A DNA stretch of 64,000 nt, from positions 62,310,001-62,374,000 of the forward strand of contig OZ024741.1 in assembly GCA_964016885.1 (NCBI GenBank), written 5' to 3'. This document shows positions 43,665 through 57,212 of the stretch, one piece after another. Under the pieces are notes generated by a model that was not told the DNA's origin, did no database searches, and saw nothing but the letters and a program-made list of their open reading frames with translations. Positions within the stretch are counted from its first letter, which is position 1, and the number at the start of each line of letters is the position of its first letter. This DNA comes from Eledone cirrhosa. Taxonomy: Eukaryota. The position numbers were made by a program, and so were the translations under genes.

Positions 43665-43850
43665 TAATTGTTTCTACTTTAGGCACAAGGCCAGCAATTA
43701 TCCAGTGCATTACTGGTACTTTATTTTATCGACCCTGTAAGGATGAAAGGTAAAGTCAACCTCGGCGGCATTTGAATTCAGATCGTAAAGGGACGTAACT
43801 ATGCTGGAAAGCATGGCGTCCGACCCTCTACCGATACTGCCAATCCACCA
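43665..43850 (-). mobile_element. Family A SINE, full length
   Basis: Family A consensus. Confidence 0.9.
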
Positions 43851-44086
43851 GCCTAGAGTAATAAAATAAGGATATATAATAAAATAATAATATACAGTAT
43901 ATATAAAAATAAGAAATAAAATAAAATAAAATAAATTAAAAGATAAATATATAATATTAAAAAAGTTAAAAAGCTAAAAGGATACAAATAATAATAAACA
44001 GTGCACACATACATAAACACATATATGTGTACACACATATATATAGATATATGTATGTATGTGCATCTGAATGTATATACATACAT

Positions 44087-44132
<46 letters not shown>

Positions 44133-44828
44133 GCAGACGCACACACATACATACATACATACATACATACATACATACATACATACATACATACATACAT
44201 ACATACATACATACATACATACATACATACATACATACATGATGGTTGGATACATACATACAAAAAAACAGACGACAAATACAAAAGACAGTGATAAGAC
44301 TGACGTCTCGTCTGCGTGACACGAAGAAAGGAAGATTCGCCATATATATTTTTGTATATATATTTGTTTATATTTTCTCTGTCGTCTTTTGAGTGTCTTT
44401 GTCCATCTATCTGTTGCGTAAAAACACTTCCTCACACCTCAAATGACGAAGATAATACAAGGTGTCTGTTATTTTCTATATTGTAACTATAATGTCTTGT
44501 TCATATAACAGCGGCCATTGTTATTACGGCCTGTCTTCTTCTGTTTTCGTCTATTGTTAACTATTTCACTCACTTTTATTGAAGGACTTTTGTATGTATA
44601 TGTCTGTGTGTGTCTGTGCATATGAGTGTGTATCTGTATGTGTGTATGATATATGTGTACGTATTGTACGTATATATGTGTGTATGTGTCTATTATGTGT
44701 TTATGTATTATATGTCTATGTATATAGGTTGAGTGTCATTATGTGTGTGTGCGTTTGTGTATGTATGAATGTATGTATACATATGTATGCGTGTGAACAG
44801 ATGTCATATGTATATGTGCATATATATA

Positions 44829-44861
<33 letters not shown>

Positions 44862-44866
44862 GTATA

Positions 44867-44979
<113 letters not shown>

Positions 44980-45346
44980 AGATTCAGGACCCCGACAGCT
45001 GAGCTCCGGCCGCTTCGACAGCTAGATCCGCTGGATTTGAGACCCCACTTTGTGTATCATTGGAATAGAAAGAGCGTTCCTCCAATTGAACAATGAGATC
45101 AAACATCGGAGATTCATATATTATTTTCTTGTTTTCTGTGACAATAGTTGTTGCTGATGTTGCTATTGTTGTCTTTATTCTTTGTTTGATACGGTTCTAG
45201 ATATTTTATGGCTGTTATTCATGTTTTTATTAGCGTTCTTGCTTATAATCTCGTTGGTTATGTTATTGTTGCTGATATAACTTTTCTCCCTCCTCTTCTT
45301 ATGGAGGTTGTAGTGTGTTTAAGGATTTGAATTTTCATAATGAAGA

Positions 45347-45482
<136 letters not shown>

Positions 45483-45507
45483 ATCGAGAGCTCAAGCTGG
45501 TGAACCA

Positions 45508-45697
45508 ATAATTGTTTCTACTATTGGCACAAGGCCAGCAATTACCCAGTGCATTACTGGTACTTTATTTTATCAACCCCGTAAGGATGAAAGGCAAAGT
45601 TAACCCTGGCGGCATTTGAACTCAGATCATACAGGGCCGTAACTGTATGCTTGCAAAGCATGGTGTCCGACTCTCTACCGATACTGACAATCCACCG
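45508..45697 (-). mobile_element. Family A SINE, full length
   Basis: Family A consensus. Confidence 0.88.
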
Positions 45698-45730
45698 TAA
45701 TAATAACGTAATGTTACAAACCACTAAACG

Positions 45731-45799
<69 letters not shown>

Positions 45800-45919
45800 A
45801 ATGAAAAATGGCGTGCTGTGTTGTTGCGAATTTGATACATATGAAGTAAAAATTAGAAAGAGAAGCCAGGACTATCCATCATCAGTGATCTACTAGCCAT
45901 CATAGGTATTTCTTCGCAT

Positions 45920-45965
<46 letters not shown>

Positions 45966-47095
45966 AATTCATTATTCCTCTAAGTTTGGTGGTTCACCAC
46001 TGAATAGAACTGGTCATTCCATATAGTCAACCATGATTTATATTAGGAAAAGCACTCGACGTTATGCAACTCATTCATCTTTGATACTGAATCTTGTTGG
46101 TGGTGCGAGAACGGAGTTAATTATTATTGAGTAAAATGACAGAAGGCCAGACTGGTGAAATTCCTTCAAATATTTATTATAGCAAACACTATGTACATTT
46201 CAGTGGTCATGTTCCGTAAGATCCTGGTGACATCATGGAAATTATCAATTAACAATTATCTACATCATGCATGTTACATACTAACCGTATATCTTCAGGA
46301 AACGTACATAGATTAAATAACATTTAAAAGAGGTTTAACCTCACAAGGTTTAAAGTATCAAATAAAACAATATCAAAAAGCATTCAACGTAAAAGCAAGC
46401 AATTAGATTCAAATGCATGTTATGAAGAAATTTGAAAAGAAAAACATGCAAGACTTTATATTTACTTGTGATCTTTATGTTATTAGATTGCAGTGAATGG
46501 GTTGGTGTATGGTTGATTTATCTAGAATTTTGCTATCGCATTTCTTTACATAGGTAGAAGGATAATTTTAATTCAGCTGAAAAGATTACGTACAAAGCAT
46601 TTAACAGGTAGATACAGTTAGTTAGCATAATATGTAAAAAGAAAATATATTGTTTCTACCATTGACACGAGGCCAAAAACAATAAAATATATCATAGAGA
46701 GAAATATAGATGCGTAGCATGTATAGATGATCATCATATTTTCTTATATGGTTCGGAAATTAAAAATTATATATACAGAAGGAGCAACGTAAAATAAAGT
46801 GTCTTGCTCAAGGACATAACGCATTTCCCGGTCTAGGAATCGAAATCATAACCTCATATACATTGGACAAAATGGCAGGATTTTATAGCACAAAACGATG
46901 TTTAATTTACAAATTCTATGATTACAACATTTGATGGAAAATATATTCAATTCCCGAATTTCCTTTAGCCACCACCGTATTTCATTTTGTATTCAATTAC
47001 AATAATATTCTTCCACATATTCTGTAATCGTTATCAAACATATCTATTATATTACGGTGACTTTATTCTATCTATGTTTCTATCTATCTTAGCAC

Positions 47096-47696
47096 CCCGG
47101 GCGTAACCGACCTGTGGAACCACGCAGAACAACTGCTATCGCGTGTGCGACAAATCCAGTTGACTGCCGAGTCCATCATAGGATCAAACCGCCATCTTCA
47201 TTTAAAAACGAAAGAGAGGCGGTTTTCCTCTGTATAGTAGTTATTGTGAAAGAGGTTATATGGTGGAAAAGATTGAGAGGACTGAGGACAGATGCCTTTC
47301 TCTCCGGACATCAACTCATTCCCTCCTTTAGGTACCAATTTAGAAGGAGAATCAGAGTGCAGAGAGAGGTACTGCACCCCAGTAAATTTACTGAAAGGTG
47401 GGTGAATGTGGCAAAAATGGCCCGAGTGATTGGGCCTTCTCTGTATATAAACCTGTAGGTTGAAGAAGAGAGCAAAAGGAAGAAAGAAGCACTTGCACAA
47501 CATGCTCCTGGAATTGAGGGTTGTTCTATCTACGGGGTATAAAACAATCTATTTGTGTGTTACGCCTCCCCCTATTGGGGATTTCGATTGTTCAATTTGT
47601 ATGTTAAATTTTTTACACGATTATATGTAAAATCCCCGCCATGTGTCTTTGTATTGTCCCCTTTTCTTGTGCACCCTTGTGGCAAATAAAGAAATA
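47096..47696 (+). mobile_element. Tx1/L1-clade LINE, copy 4 (3' end) with 15-bp TSD
   Basis: ORF 47114-47458 matches the ORF2 C-terminus (ERWVNVAKMARVIGPSL). AATAAA at the end. TSD tatctatcttagcac at 47081-47095 and 47697-47711. Confidence 0.88.
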
Positions 47697-47899
47697 TATC
47701 TATCTTAGCACTGTTATTGAGATTCCTGCTTTGTTGTTCCCTTTATTGTTGTAAAATGACATGAGGCCAGACTGGTCAATTCTTCAAAGATTCATTTCAG
47801 CAAACATCATGTACATTTCAGTGGCCAGGTTACGTAAGATCCTGGTGACATCATCATGTGTATATTGCATAATAGTTATATAATAAAGGAATAATGGTA

Positions 47900-48675
47900 A
47901 ACACTCCTCTCTATATCAATAAACATCAAACTCTCCCCGTCTCTATATCTATCAATACCTATCTCTATCAATCCTCTCACTATATTCATTATCATCAAAT
48001 TCTACCCCTCTCCACATCAAACGTACAGCATACTCTCCCAATCCCCCTCTATATATCAAGTACCACCAAACTCTACCCCTCTCTATATCTACTACATGGT
48101 ACTCTCTTCCAATCCGCCTCTCTATATCAATTAACACAAAATTCTACCTCTCTCTATATATCTCCTACACGGAACTCCCTTCCAATCCTCCTCTCTGTAT
48201 CAATTAACATCAAACTCTCCCCACCTCTATATCTACTACACGGAACTCTCTTCCAATCCCCCTCTCTATATTAATTAACACCAAACTCTCCCCATATCTA
48301 TATCTGCCATACAACACTCTTTCTCTCTCATTCCCTCTCACTCTATCCATCATTACCAAACTCTCTTCTCTATATCTACCATACAGCACCCTCTCCCAAT
48401 CCCCCTCTCTATAACAATTATCACCAAACTATCCCCCTCTCTATATTTACCATACAACACTCTCTCTCATTCCCTTTCCCTCTATCCATCACTACCAAAC
48501 TCTCCCCCTCCCTATATCTATCAATCCATATCTCTATCAATCCTCTCACTCTATTCATTACCACCAAACTCACTCCCTCTCTACATCAACCATATATACC
48601 ACTCCCGCCAAGTTCCCCCATTATATCAATTAACACCAAAGTCTCCCTCTCTATATATATCTAATACACACTCTC
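47900..48675. repeat. Degenerate pyrimidine-rich tandem repeat, period about 70 bp
   Basis: Recurrent ctctatatcaattaacaccaaactctccccc...ccatacaacactctc...ccaatcccc units. Confidence 0.8.
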
Positions 48676-48754
48676 ACTTTAATTCAATTTCTCTTTCACA
48701 TTGTCTCCCTTTCTTTTCCCTGCTTGAGGTCAGTCCTCTACATGCTTCCCCACT

Positions 48755-48793
<39 letters not shown>

Positions 48794-48977
48794 AAACGTT
48801 TTTATTTTTTCCATTTCAGGTAGACGCGCTCCATCATCCACTTTTCTAAAAAAATAAATCACACAAAACGCCAGCATCAACAGTTTTCCAAGAGATATGG
48901 ACCTGTTATTTTTATCTAAAGTCATTTTTTCCAATTCTAACTCGCCCGACCCTTCACTCTGTTTATTTCTCATTCTT

Positions 48978-49013
48978 TCTTCTGATGAAGGACTAGCTTC
49001 CGAAACATTAAGA
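48978..49013 (+). ncRNA. Minimal type I hammerhead candidate
   Basis: tctt-CTGATGA(48982-88)-aggactagcttcc-GAAA(49002-05)-cATT|aaga. Stem I is 4 bp. Stem III is essentially absent, as in dimer-type minimal hammerheads. Confidence 0.55.
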
Positions 49014-49094
49014 CCCTCTTGCTGCTATATCAAGTGTTAACCTAATATATACCTTCCATATACTGCACCGATTGTGTTGTTATTTTTGTTTACC

Positions 49095-49209
<115 letters not shown>

Positions 49210-49263
49210 CATATATATACGATATTAAACAAATGGAAACTATATTTATAAAACCATATTTAT

Positions 49264-49323
49264 TTCATTATACATATTTCAGGGATACCATATTAAAAAT
49301 ATGGCATGCCTTCTTCAGATAAA
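49264..49323 (-). ncRNA. Type I hammerhead ribozyme, same family as 40631
   Basis: Minus strand: tttat-CTGAAGA-stem II-GAAA-tatgtATA|atgaa-ataaa. Only the variable core position 7 differs from the 40636 copy. Confidence 0.78.
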
Positions 49324-49438
49324 ATACAATATATAAGCAGTTTTATAAATAAATTTGACGTACCATAAATATTGATCAACTTCCATTTAAGAGGTTGGTT
49401 TGGTAGTGTAACCCAACAATTTTAAATAAAACTTTTGC

Positions 49439-49522
<84 letters not shown>

Positions 49523-49523
49523 G

Positions 49524-49560
<37 letters not shown>

Positions 49561-49869
49561 ATACAGTAAATCAAACTATCAGAGTGTAGCGGCGACTTTG
49601 GTTTTTCGGTGGGAACAGTGGAAAATCTCGCTTCTGTGAAAGAAAGAAGGGTTTTTACGGACCAGAGAGAAAAAGGAATTATTACGTTTAGCTGCCGAAG
49701 AGACTCATCAAGTCAAACAGTTCAAGACTGGAGACAATGTATGAAAAGTGGTGCAGATAACCAATAACATCAGTTCCGACTTTTTATATAACCATACTCT
49801 ACTACTGTAGAATTGAAACTGAATCCATCCGGATTTATATATATATATATATATAAATCCATCCGGATT

Positions 49870-49907
<38 letters not shown>

Positions 49908-49912
<5 letters not shown>

Positions 49913-50405
49913 TACCAGTAGCACTCGAGAGCGATCTGACATGGTCGGACGTTGGCGACTAAACCGGCAACCCCACCAAGCTTGCATGGTGAGGAGGGTG
50001 ATATTTGGACACCCTGCAGGATAAAATACAAGACCCGGTAAAGGGCGAAGGAACTCAGCAGAGTCAACGGCTATGCAAATAGTACTTTTCTTTTTTTTTT
50101 TATTTACCTGGGAGTGAAAGGCTCGCAGTTGTTATCACCAACACATTTCTATGAGAAAAAAAACAACAAAAAAACCTGCTGCTTTTGAAGCATCCGAAGA
50201 TGTTGGCCAGTTCTTCTTTTCGGGTAGTGTTTTCGATGCTCAGAGAGTGAGATTGGTCGAGTGCAAGGCCTTTCCCCACTTAAAAAACTTTTGCTTGTTC
50301 AGGATATGTTACAGATTTGTGTGGCTGGCCGTAGCCTAAAAGAGCACCGAACTCTATAATCTGACAAGCGGTTGCAGTACTCTTAGCAGAGTTTGCAGCC
50401 ATCAT
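49908..50405 (+). mobile_element. Diverged non-autonomous RTE derivative with an HDV-like ribozyme remnant at its 5' end
   Basis: Homologous to 14422-15020 (ggcgactaaac, ggtgaggagggtga, gagtgagattgg, ggctggcc..aaaaga, ttgcagccatc). Confidence 0.72.
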
Positions 50406-50754
50406 CTATATATATAAATCAGGATGGATATATATATATTTCAATACATCGTATTCAACTAATTCTTTTGTTATTTCAATTAATTAATGAGGAAATATAT
50501 TGAGTATAAGGAAGCAATATTACATATTGGAATACATCTTCAAAAATACTATAATTGATTATGAAATAACCTGGGATTAACCAAGCTTGGATATATTATT
50601 ACTTGGTAATAATCACTGGATTAACTCCCTCATCATATAAAATATATATATTTAATATACATACACACACACAAACACATAATATATGTGTGTGTGTGTG
50701 TGTATATATACATATATGTGTATATATCTCTATATATCTATATCTATCTACCTA

Positions 50755-50787
<33 letters not shown>

Positions 50788-50792
50788 ATATA

Positions 50793-50891
<99 letters not shown>

Positions 50892-50997
50892 ATAATAATA
50901 AAATTGAAGACTAAAATCCAAAGAGGGCTCGATAAGGAAAATATATATCAAATATATAAGAACCGTAGAGCAAATATTTATTAAAATAACAGATTAA

Positions 50998-51048
50998 AGT
51001 TTAAGCAAAGAATCGCTGCTTTCACCCTTAACGGGATCTTCTGAAACT
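50998..51048 (-). ncRNA. Type I hammerhead with one core substitution, at the 3' end of the Penelope-like element
   Basis: Minus strand: agttt-CAGAAGA (U4>A)-tccc gttaa gggt-GAAA-gca gcgattctt tgCTT|aaact. All three stems pair. Confidence 0.72.
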
Positions 51049-51975
51049 AACAAAGTCAATCTGTAAACGCAGAACTGGATATTTCAAAAAACGTTGCAAC
51101 CGGAGGAAGACAGGAAGACGATACTTTGGTTCGTGGTAACGTTCGCTGGCAAAGAACGGGAAAAAACGAATAATACGTCATTAATAGGAGCGGTGAAAAA
51201 CAATTACGCGCAAAGACAAAACCACGTTTATGGTATAAAAGAGGTCGTAGACTAATGTTCTCTTAGGTGGTGCATAGAGACGTTCTCTGGCAATGAACGA
51301 AAAAACGAAGATAATAAGTCATATGTGGAGCGTGGAGAACAAAAGCACGCAAAGACAAAACCACATAAATGGTATAGCAGAAGTCGTAGACTAAATTCTA
51401 ACTAGGAGACCAAATGAATCTCCGCTACAGAGTTAAGAACAAAGTAAATAAATACAATACAGAAGTAATAGAAATAAATAAATGCATACACGCAAACAGA
51501 TACGTACGTACACAAGCATACGCAAAACCTTACCATAGGTATACAAAACCACGCACATATAAATATGTGTGTGTGTGTATGCTTGTGTACAAATAAATAA
51601 ATAATTATATAAACGTATATAAGTAAATAAATACGTATATAACAAGCGCACACACATACCTACATATAAATACACGAATGTTCGGAGACGTAAGTCAACT
51701 AAAACAAGAAGTACACATATACACACACCCACCATACGTACGAACCTGCATACTCACTCGCACGCAAAACTCCCGTATACACATAGCCAAACCCTGAATA
51801 CCAGAATATGTAAAAATGATACGCCATAACAGTCAAATATACGTACGAGAAGGTATACATACCTTCACAAAACAAATGGGTAATATATACTTACCTATGC
51901 AAATAAGTAAAGGAATAAACCAAACATATACTTAGCTCCCACATCAAGACGTAAAATATCCACGTATAGATCGTG

Positions 51976-52680
51976 CTATCCGTTAGGGTATAACGTGGGG
52001 CTGTAATACAGGAAAGTTTTGTGCAATTTATGTTTACAAGTCGAAATTGCCTCAGATTTTTTGTTTAAGATGTGGTCTGTGGCGTAGAGTATTTCCAGGG
52101 CCTCAGCGGCGCAGAGGTCACATGGTCTTTTATTTCCGTTATACGATCTAGCCCTAGCTAGGATCTCCCAGTGTAACTTATATTGGGTGTGGTTGTCTTT
52201 TAGACTCCAGATATAAGCTGAAAGTGACGTCATATTCCTTCTTAGAGGGTAATGAAAAGAATGGGTATGCATGTAAAGACGCTGCTTGAAACTATTGGCG
52301 GTTAACCCTATGTAGGCCCTACGAGACGTGGGTGTTACAACCTTACATTTGTAGACAATGTTACTAGAGAGGCATTTCCCGGATAGGGGGCAATCAGCCC
52401 GATTCCTACAATTACAGTTAGTACTAACAACAGGGTTGCACGTGTTCCTACGGCTAGGTAGTTTAGCTAAATTTGAAGCTGTGATGTTATGTGCAAGGTT
52501 AGGAGTCGTAGAGTAAGAAATTTTAATAGTATTTCTATTAAAAATTTTACTATATTTATGTGTAGGGGGAAAATGCTTCGTAATAAGGGAAAGAAAGATC
52601 TTAGCTAATGGTGTGGCCACCTCCATATTATATGGTGGGTTAAACCAACAAATGCGACGGGATCTATTTCTTCTAGGTCT
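51976..52680 (-). pseudogene. GIY-YIG endonuclease domain of the Penelope-like ORF
   Basis: ORF 51976-52626 extends upstream in frame through RRICWFNPPY. Confidence 0.88.
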
Positions 52681-53191
52681 ATTTTCATACTCTGTATATG
52701 CTACTTATCGACAAATCCACTTCGAGCAAGGGCTTCATTGTAATAAGTGGAATGGTCGTTGAAAATGCGCTCGTTGGTGGAAAGACGGGAAAGCCTCAAC
52801 GAAACGTTTCTTACCAGGTTCTGGGTTATGCTGGCAGGATGGTTGGAATGCTTACTTATGTAATTAAGCGTATCATTCGGCTTTCTATACGGGTATACAA
52901 CCCATTCAATAAATTGAGGGTAACGTCGAGGTAATTAACGACCGAGAGATTGGCCTCAACCTGTATAGAGAGGTTGAAGCCTTTAAAGAAGGCTGTGAGT
53001 TCTTTTCTAAACCTGTCGCAAGCACGAGGTCCGCACTTAGTCATGGTCAAAAGACCATCGTCACGGTACAAACCACCGCCCGCGTTGGAGAATTCGTCCT
53101 TGATAGAGAAAAGAAGGAAAAGGCCAATAAGATCAGTAACCTCCGCAGAGTGTATGTATGAATGTATCTATCTAGCTATGTATATATATAC

Positions 53192-53271
<80 letters not shown>

Positions 53272-53575
53272 GAATGCTGAGGATGACTCTGAACATTAAT
53301 CAGTATACACTGAAAAGCTCAAAAGTGACACCGAGGAGACTGAGGTTAGCTGGGGATGCTCAGCGACATCCAGAGTTGACATTGCACTCAGTGCTCCTTT
53401 GGGAGCCCCTACATGGACACACTAGAAGAGGAAGACCAAGGTTAACGTATGTTGATGCCCTAAGGACAGACACTGGTCTGTTGGAGACGCAGGACATGGC
53501 AGCGATAATGAGGGACAGAGACCGCTGGAGAGAACTCGTCCATGGATCTCGGGAATTTTACCCGCCTTAGAATAG
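53272..53575 (+). mobile_element. RTE-like LINE 3' fragment (same group as 37205)
   Basis: MLRMTLNI...RRLRLAG..RHPEL...[18 protein letters not shown]...DRDRWR. TA-flanked. Confidence 0.8.
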
Positions 53576-53596
53576 AAATATATATATATATACATA

Positions 53597-53727
<131 letters not shown>

Positions 53728-53779
53728 TTATATATGCAAGTACATGTGTTTGTATATTTACTATTTAGATTATATTATT

Positions 53780-53955
53780 AGTCGGTAGAGGGTCGGACGC
53801 CATGCTTTGACGCATAGAGTTACGGCCCTTGCCATTCTGAGTTCAAATCCCGCCGAGGTTAACTTTGCCTTTCATCCTTATGGGATCGATAAAATAAAGT
53901 ACCAGTAATGCACTGGGTATTGCTGGCCTTGTGCCAAAAAGTAGAATCAATTATT
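53780..53955 (+). mobile_element. Family A SINE
   Basis: Family A consensus. Confidence 0.88.
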
Positions 53956-54269
53956 AGATTTGCTTGTGTGAATGTACGTGTACGCGTGGCTCTCTCTGAG
54001 TCTCTCTCTGTGTACACACGCGCGCGTGTGTGTGTGTGTGTGTGTGATCTAGAGGAGCGTAACAAAAAGTTTATAGCAGATAAAAACACAAAAGAAAATA
54101 AAAGGTAAAGAAAGTGTGTCCACAGACTGTCGTAGTGGAACTTTGCGGTGAATTCACTATAAAGACACGTTCTGCTCTTTGACTGGCGGCATACGATCAA
54201 CCACACCAGATAGACGTACTCTGCTGTTTCACTGTACGTAATATTAGTGGTCTTGGTCGTGGTGGAGAA

Positions 54270-54810
54270 GGCAGCGGCTGGTTAGCACACACACACACAC
54301 AATATATGTGTTCTCTTTCTCTTAATTTTGAGTAAATTTTTGACCGGCCACTTTCCTGGTGGCAAGGTTGTAAAAGAAAATAAATTGTCATCCCTTGAAT
54401 CGCAAGAATGTTTTGCAAATTTTGAAGGGGTCTGATATCGCGGCCATTTGTAGTCCAGGAATTGGGGAGCTTCGCTCCTTGTCCACAAATCCAAGTTCAC
54501 TCATACTTTGGTCCAAGCGGGTTGGTATATAACCTGTGGTTCCAATAATAATGTGTATGAAGCTGAAGGTGTATCTTGGATACTGGATCTGCAAACTCCT
54601 CCTCAATGGTCCGTAGATGCCTGCCTTCTCCTGTCTTTTTCTTACAACGTTTACATAAAGAGGGCTGCTTATCTTTACAAGAGAGCACGTTTTCAATGTC
54701 TGGTCCCAAAGAACAATATCAGGCCTGTTATGCTTTAATTTGGTGGCAGTTTTTATTTTCAGGTTCCACCAGTATTCTTTAGTGCCATCTATCTCAACAT
54801 ATTCTTCCTC
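54270..54810 (-). mobile_element. R4/Dong-clade LINE 3' end (RLE domain), decayed
   Basis: ORF 54388-54696 TCSLVKISSPL...YGPLRRSLQIQYP.Y.F..IIIGTTG...KICKTFL. NRPD motif upstream. Confidence 0.72.
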
Positions 54811-55531
54811 ATTTGTTTTTAATTCTGTTTTTATGTATGTATTTTTTATTTATTTGCATTCTAGCTGAAGGGCTGGGGCCATGCTGAGGCACCTGTATGT
54901 ATGTATATATGTAATATCAATGTATGTGTATAGATATATATTTTTTCATATATTCTAGAACATCAGAAAAATAGAATACGTTAAAACAACCTCGTTACAC
55001 ATGTTTGGCATTCGGGCTGTATCACCAGCCGAAAAAGTATATAACCATAGGTGGTTTGTGCCTCGACACACAGCTTGGCCATCCATCAACTGTACGAAGC
55101 ACGTCTAACATGTCTCTTCTAGAATAGTTACCAACTTCACCGTCGCAGATCACATGCTGTCCTCTGAACTCACAAATCGGGAAGATTTCAATGGTGTCTT
55201 CATATCTTAGTACAACCATATGTCAGAAGGATCTTGTCTGGTGTGTAGAAAGGCCGACGTAGAAGTGAAATGAATGCAATTCTTTGCCAAACATCTTGGA
55301 TCAGTTGCGAGGAATGAGCCCAGCGGTACCTGATACAGCAGCGGGTTTTGCGAGACCCAGTTATATCGTTGTCTAGGGATACTTTACCCGATTCTCTCAA
55401 CTATTATTGATCGACTCTCTTTATCGTAATTTGTTTTGTGACGACAATATTTCAAGTTTTAAAAAATTCACAATGTTTCTTACGTCAACTGGATGTTTAG
55501 ACATACACACACACATACTCCCCCCCCCCCC

Positions 55532-55584
<53 letters not shown>

Positions 55585-56206
55585 ATATATAATAGTATAA
55601 TCCAAGCTGCAGCTGCAAGTAGCAAATTAGCAGCCAAACTTTGAAAACAGTCACGAAGCACTCGATAATAGAGTAATTTATATATTTCTCCTGAGAGTGA
55701 AAACAAGAAGTTAGGTGATAAAGACACCATGAATAATGCGACCAGGGGCATGTTGCTATATTAATACTACAACAACGTAAAATACAGACAGGTTAAAGAC
55801 AAACCTGGACCTGATCAATAGATATTAATCGATAAATAGCTTCGATAGATTTCTGGGAATACGGAAGTTATACTCCAAGTTGTATATGCAAGTTAGTAAT
55901 GCACCCTAAGATGCAGCGAGGATTTCCCTTCGTCAACAGGTTTTTCGTTCCAAGTATCCACTTTCATCTGGTTATGAGACAACACGGCCATTCGACTGTA
56001 GCAACACATTTAGCAGTGAGGTCACGTGTCATTTCTCAAAAGAAGAAGGTCAGTATCCCAGTGTGAACAGAGGATTTATTCAGTCTCGAGGTAAGCTCTC
56101 AACTAGGTTTTCAAACAAACAATTAAACAATCAAATAATTAATTAATTATAAAGACTAGGAGAAAATAATAATAGTAATGAGTATAATCGAAGTTGCAGC
56201 TGCCAG

Positions 56207-56276
<70 letters not shown>

Positions 56277-56416
56277 CAAAAGGGATATTCAATTTGTTGG
56301 TAATTCAACAAATATAAATGTTTATAACTGATTCAGAGCACTCGACTGGTTTTCTGGAGTATAATATTCAATGATATTAAATAAGTGGAAACTATATTTA
56401 TAAAACCATATTTATT

Positions 56417-56471
56417 GTATTTATATATATTTCAAGATTACCAAAACTTTGGTACGCTTTCATCAGATAAA
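56417..56471 (-). ncRNA. Hammerhead of the 40631 family, diverged
   Basis: Minus strand: ttat-CTGATGA-aagcgtaccaaa gt tttggtaatctt-GAAA-tatatata. Stem II sequence is changed but still pairs. Stem I is imperfect. Confidence 0.6.
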
Positions 56472-56581
56472 ATACAAAGTTTGTTTTATAAATTTTGACA
56501 TAATCAAGAAAAAATACCTTAACGGTTCAAATTTTCCTAGGATATTATTTGGGGCTTGAAAGCTTGGGTAGCACTTTTGTT

Positions 56582-56722
56582 CGGTATACGAACATAAATA
56601 AATAAATAATATATATATATATCGTTACCTCATCTTACAGTCCATTTTGCATTGTTTAGCCTTCTATCTCTTTCAACGTTTTTGCCCTGGTGGCAAATAA
56701 ATAGAAAGTTATCTCTTTCAAC

Positions 56723-56782
<60 letters not shown>

Positions 56783-56880
56783 GTTGAAAGAGATAGAAGG
56801 CTAAACGATGCTAAATAGACTGTAAGATGAGGTAACGATATATATACATTATTTATTTATTTATGTTCGTATAACGAACA
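56582..56880. repeat. Inverted repeat centred on (TA)n
   Basis: 56582-56682 is the reverse complement of 56777-56875. The left arm has an extra internal duplication (tatctctttcaacgtttt). Confidence 0.85.
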
Positions 56881-57212
56881 TATAAATGTATATATATATA
56901 TATACACACATATATATATATATATAGAGAGAGAGAGAAGGAGAGGGAAATAGAGATAGAGAGATAGTGAAGGTGTCTGGCTCAGTGGTTAGAGAATGGT
57001 ATTCGAAATCGTGAGGTTATGAGCTCGATTCCTGGACCAGACGATGCGTTATATCATTGTGCAAGAAACTTTATTTCACATTACTCCTTCTATTTGGAGT
57101 TACGACAGATAGAGAGTATTATCAATAGGAAAGACCAACGGAAATATTGTTTCCCAGGTCCGACTTGACGAAAGTCGATCGACTGCCGGTATATATATAT
57201 ATATATATAGAG

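Larger units (their letters stand above)
50890..53150 (-). mobile_element. Penelope-like retroelement, 5'-truncated (RT C-half, linker, GIY-YIG, ~1-kb 3' region with hammerhead)
   Basis: LYRDDGL (RT), NYLDVTL, SNHP, WFNPPY, CNC...CPLSGKC, IVYKCKV...AYIGLTANSFKQRLYMH, CDLC and CKH are present with a few frameshifts. Flanked by (TA)n. Confidence 0.92.

Noticed and set aside
54960-56210. Unassigned unique-looking sequence with a ~28-bp direct repeat (55594-55621 and 56181-56208)
   Set aside because: Possibly a decayed element, but no diagnostic protein or terminal motif is visible.
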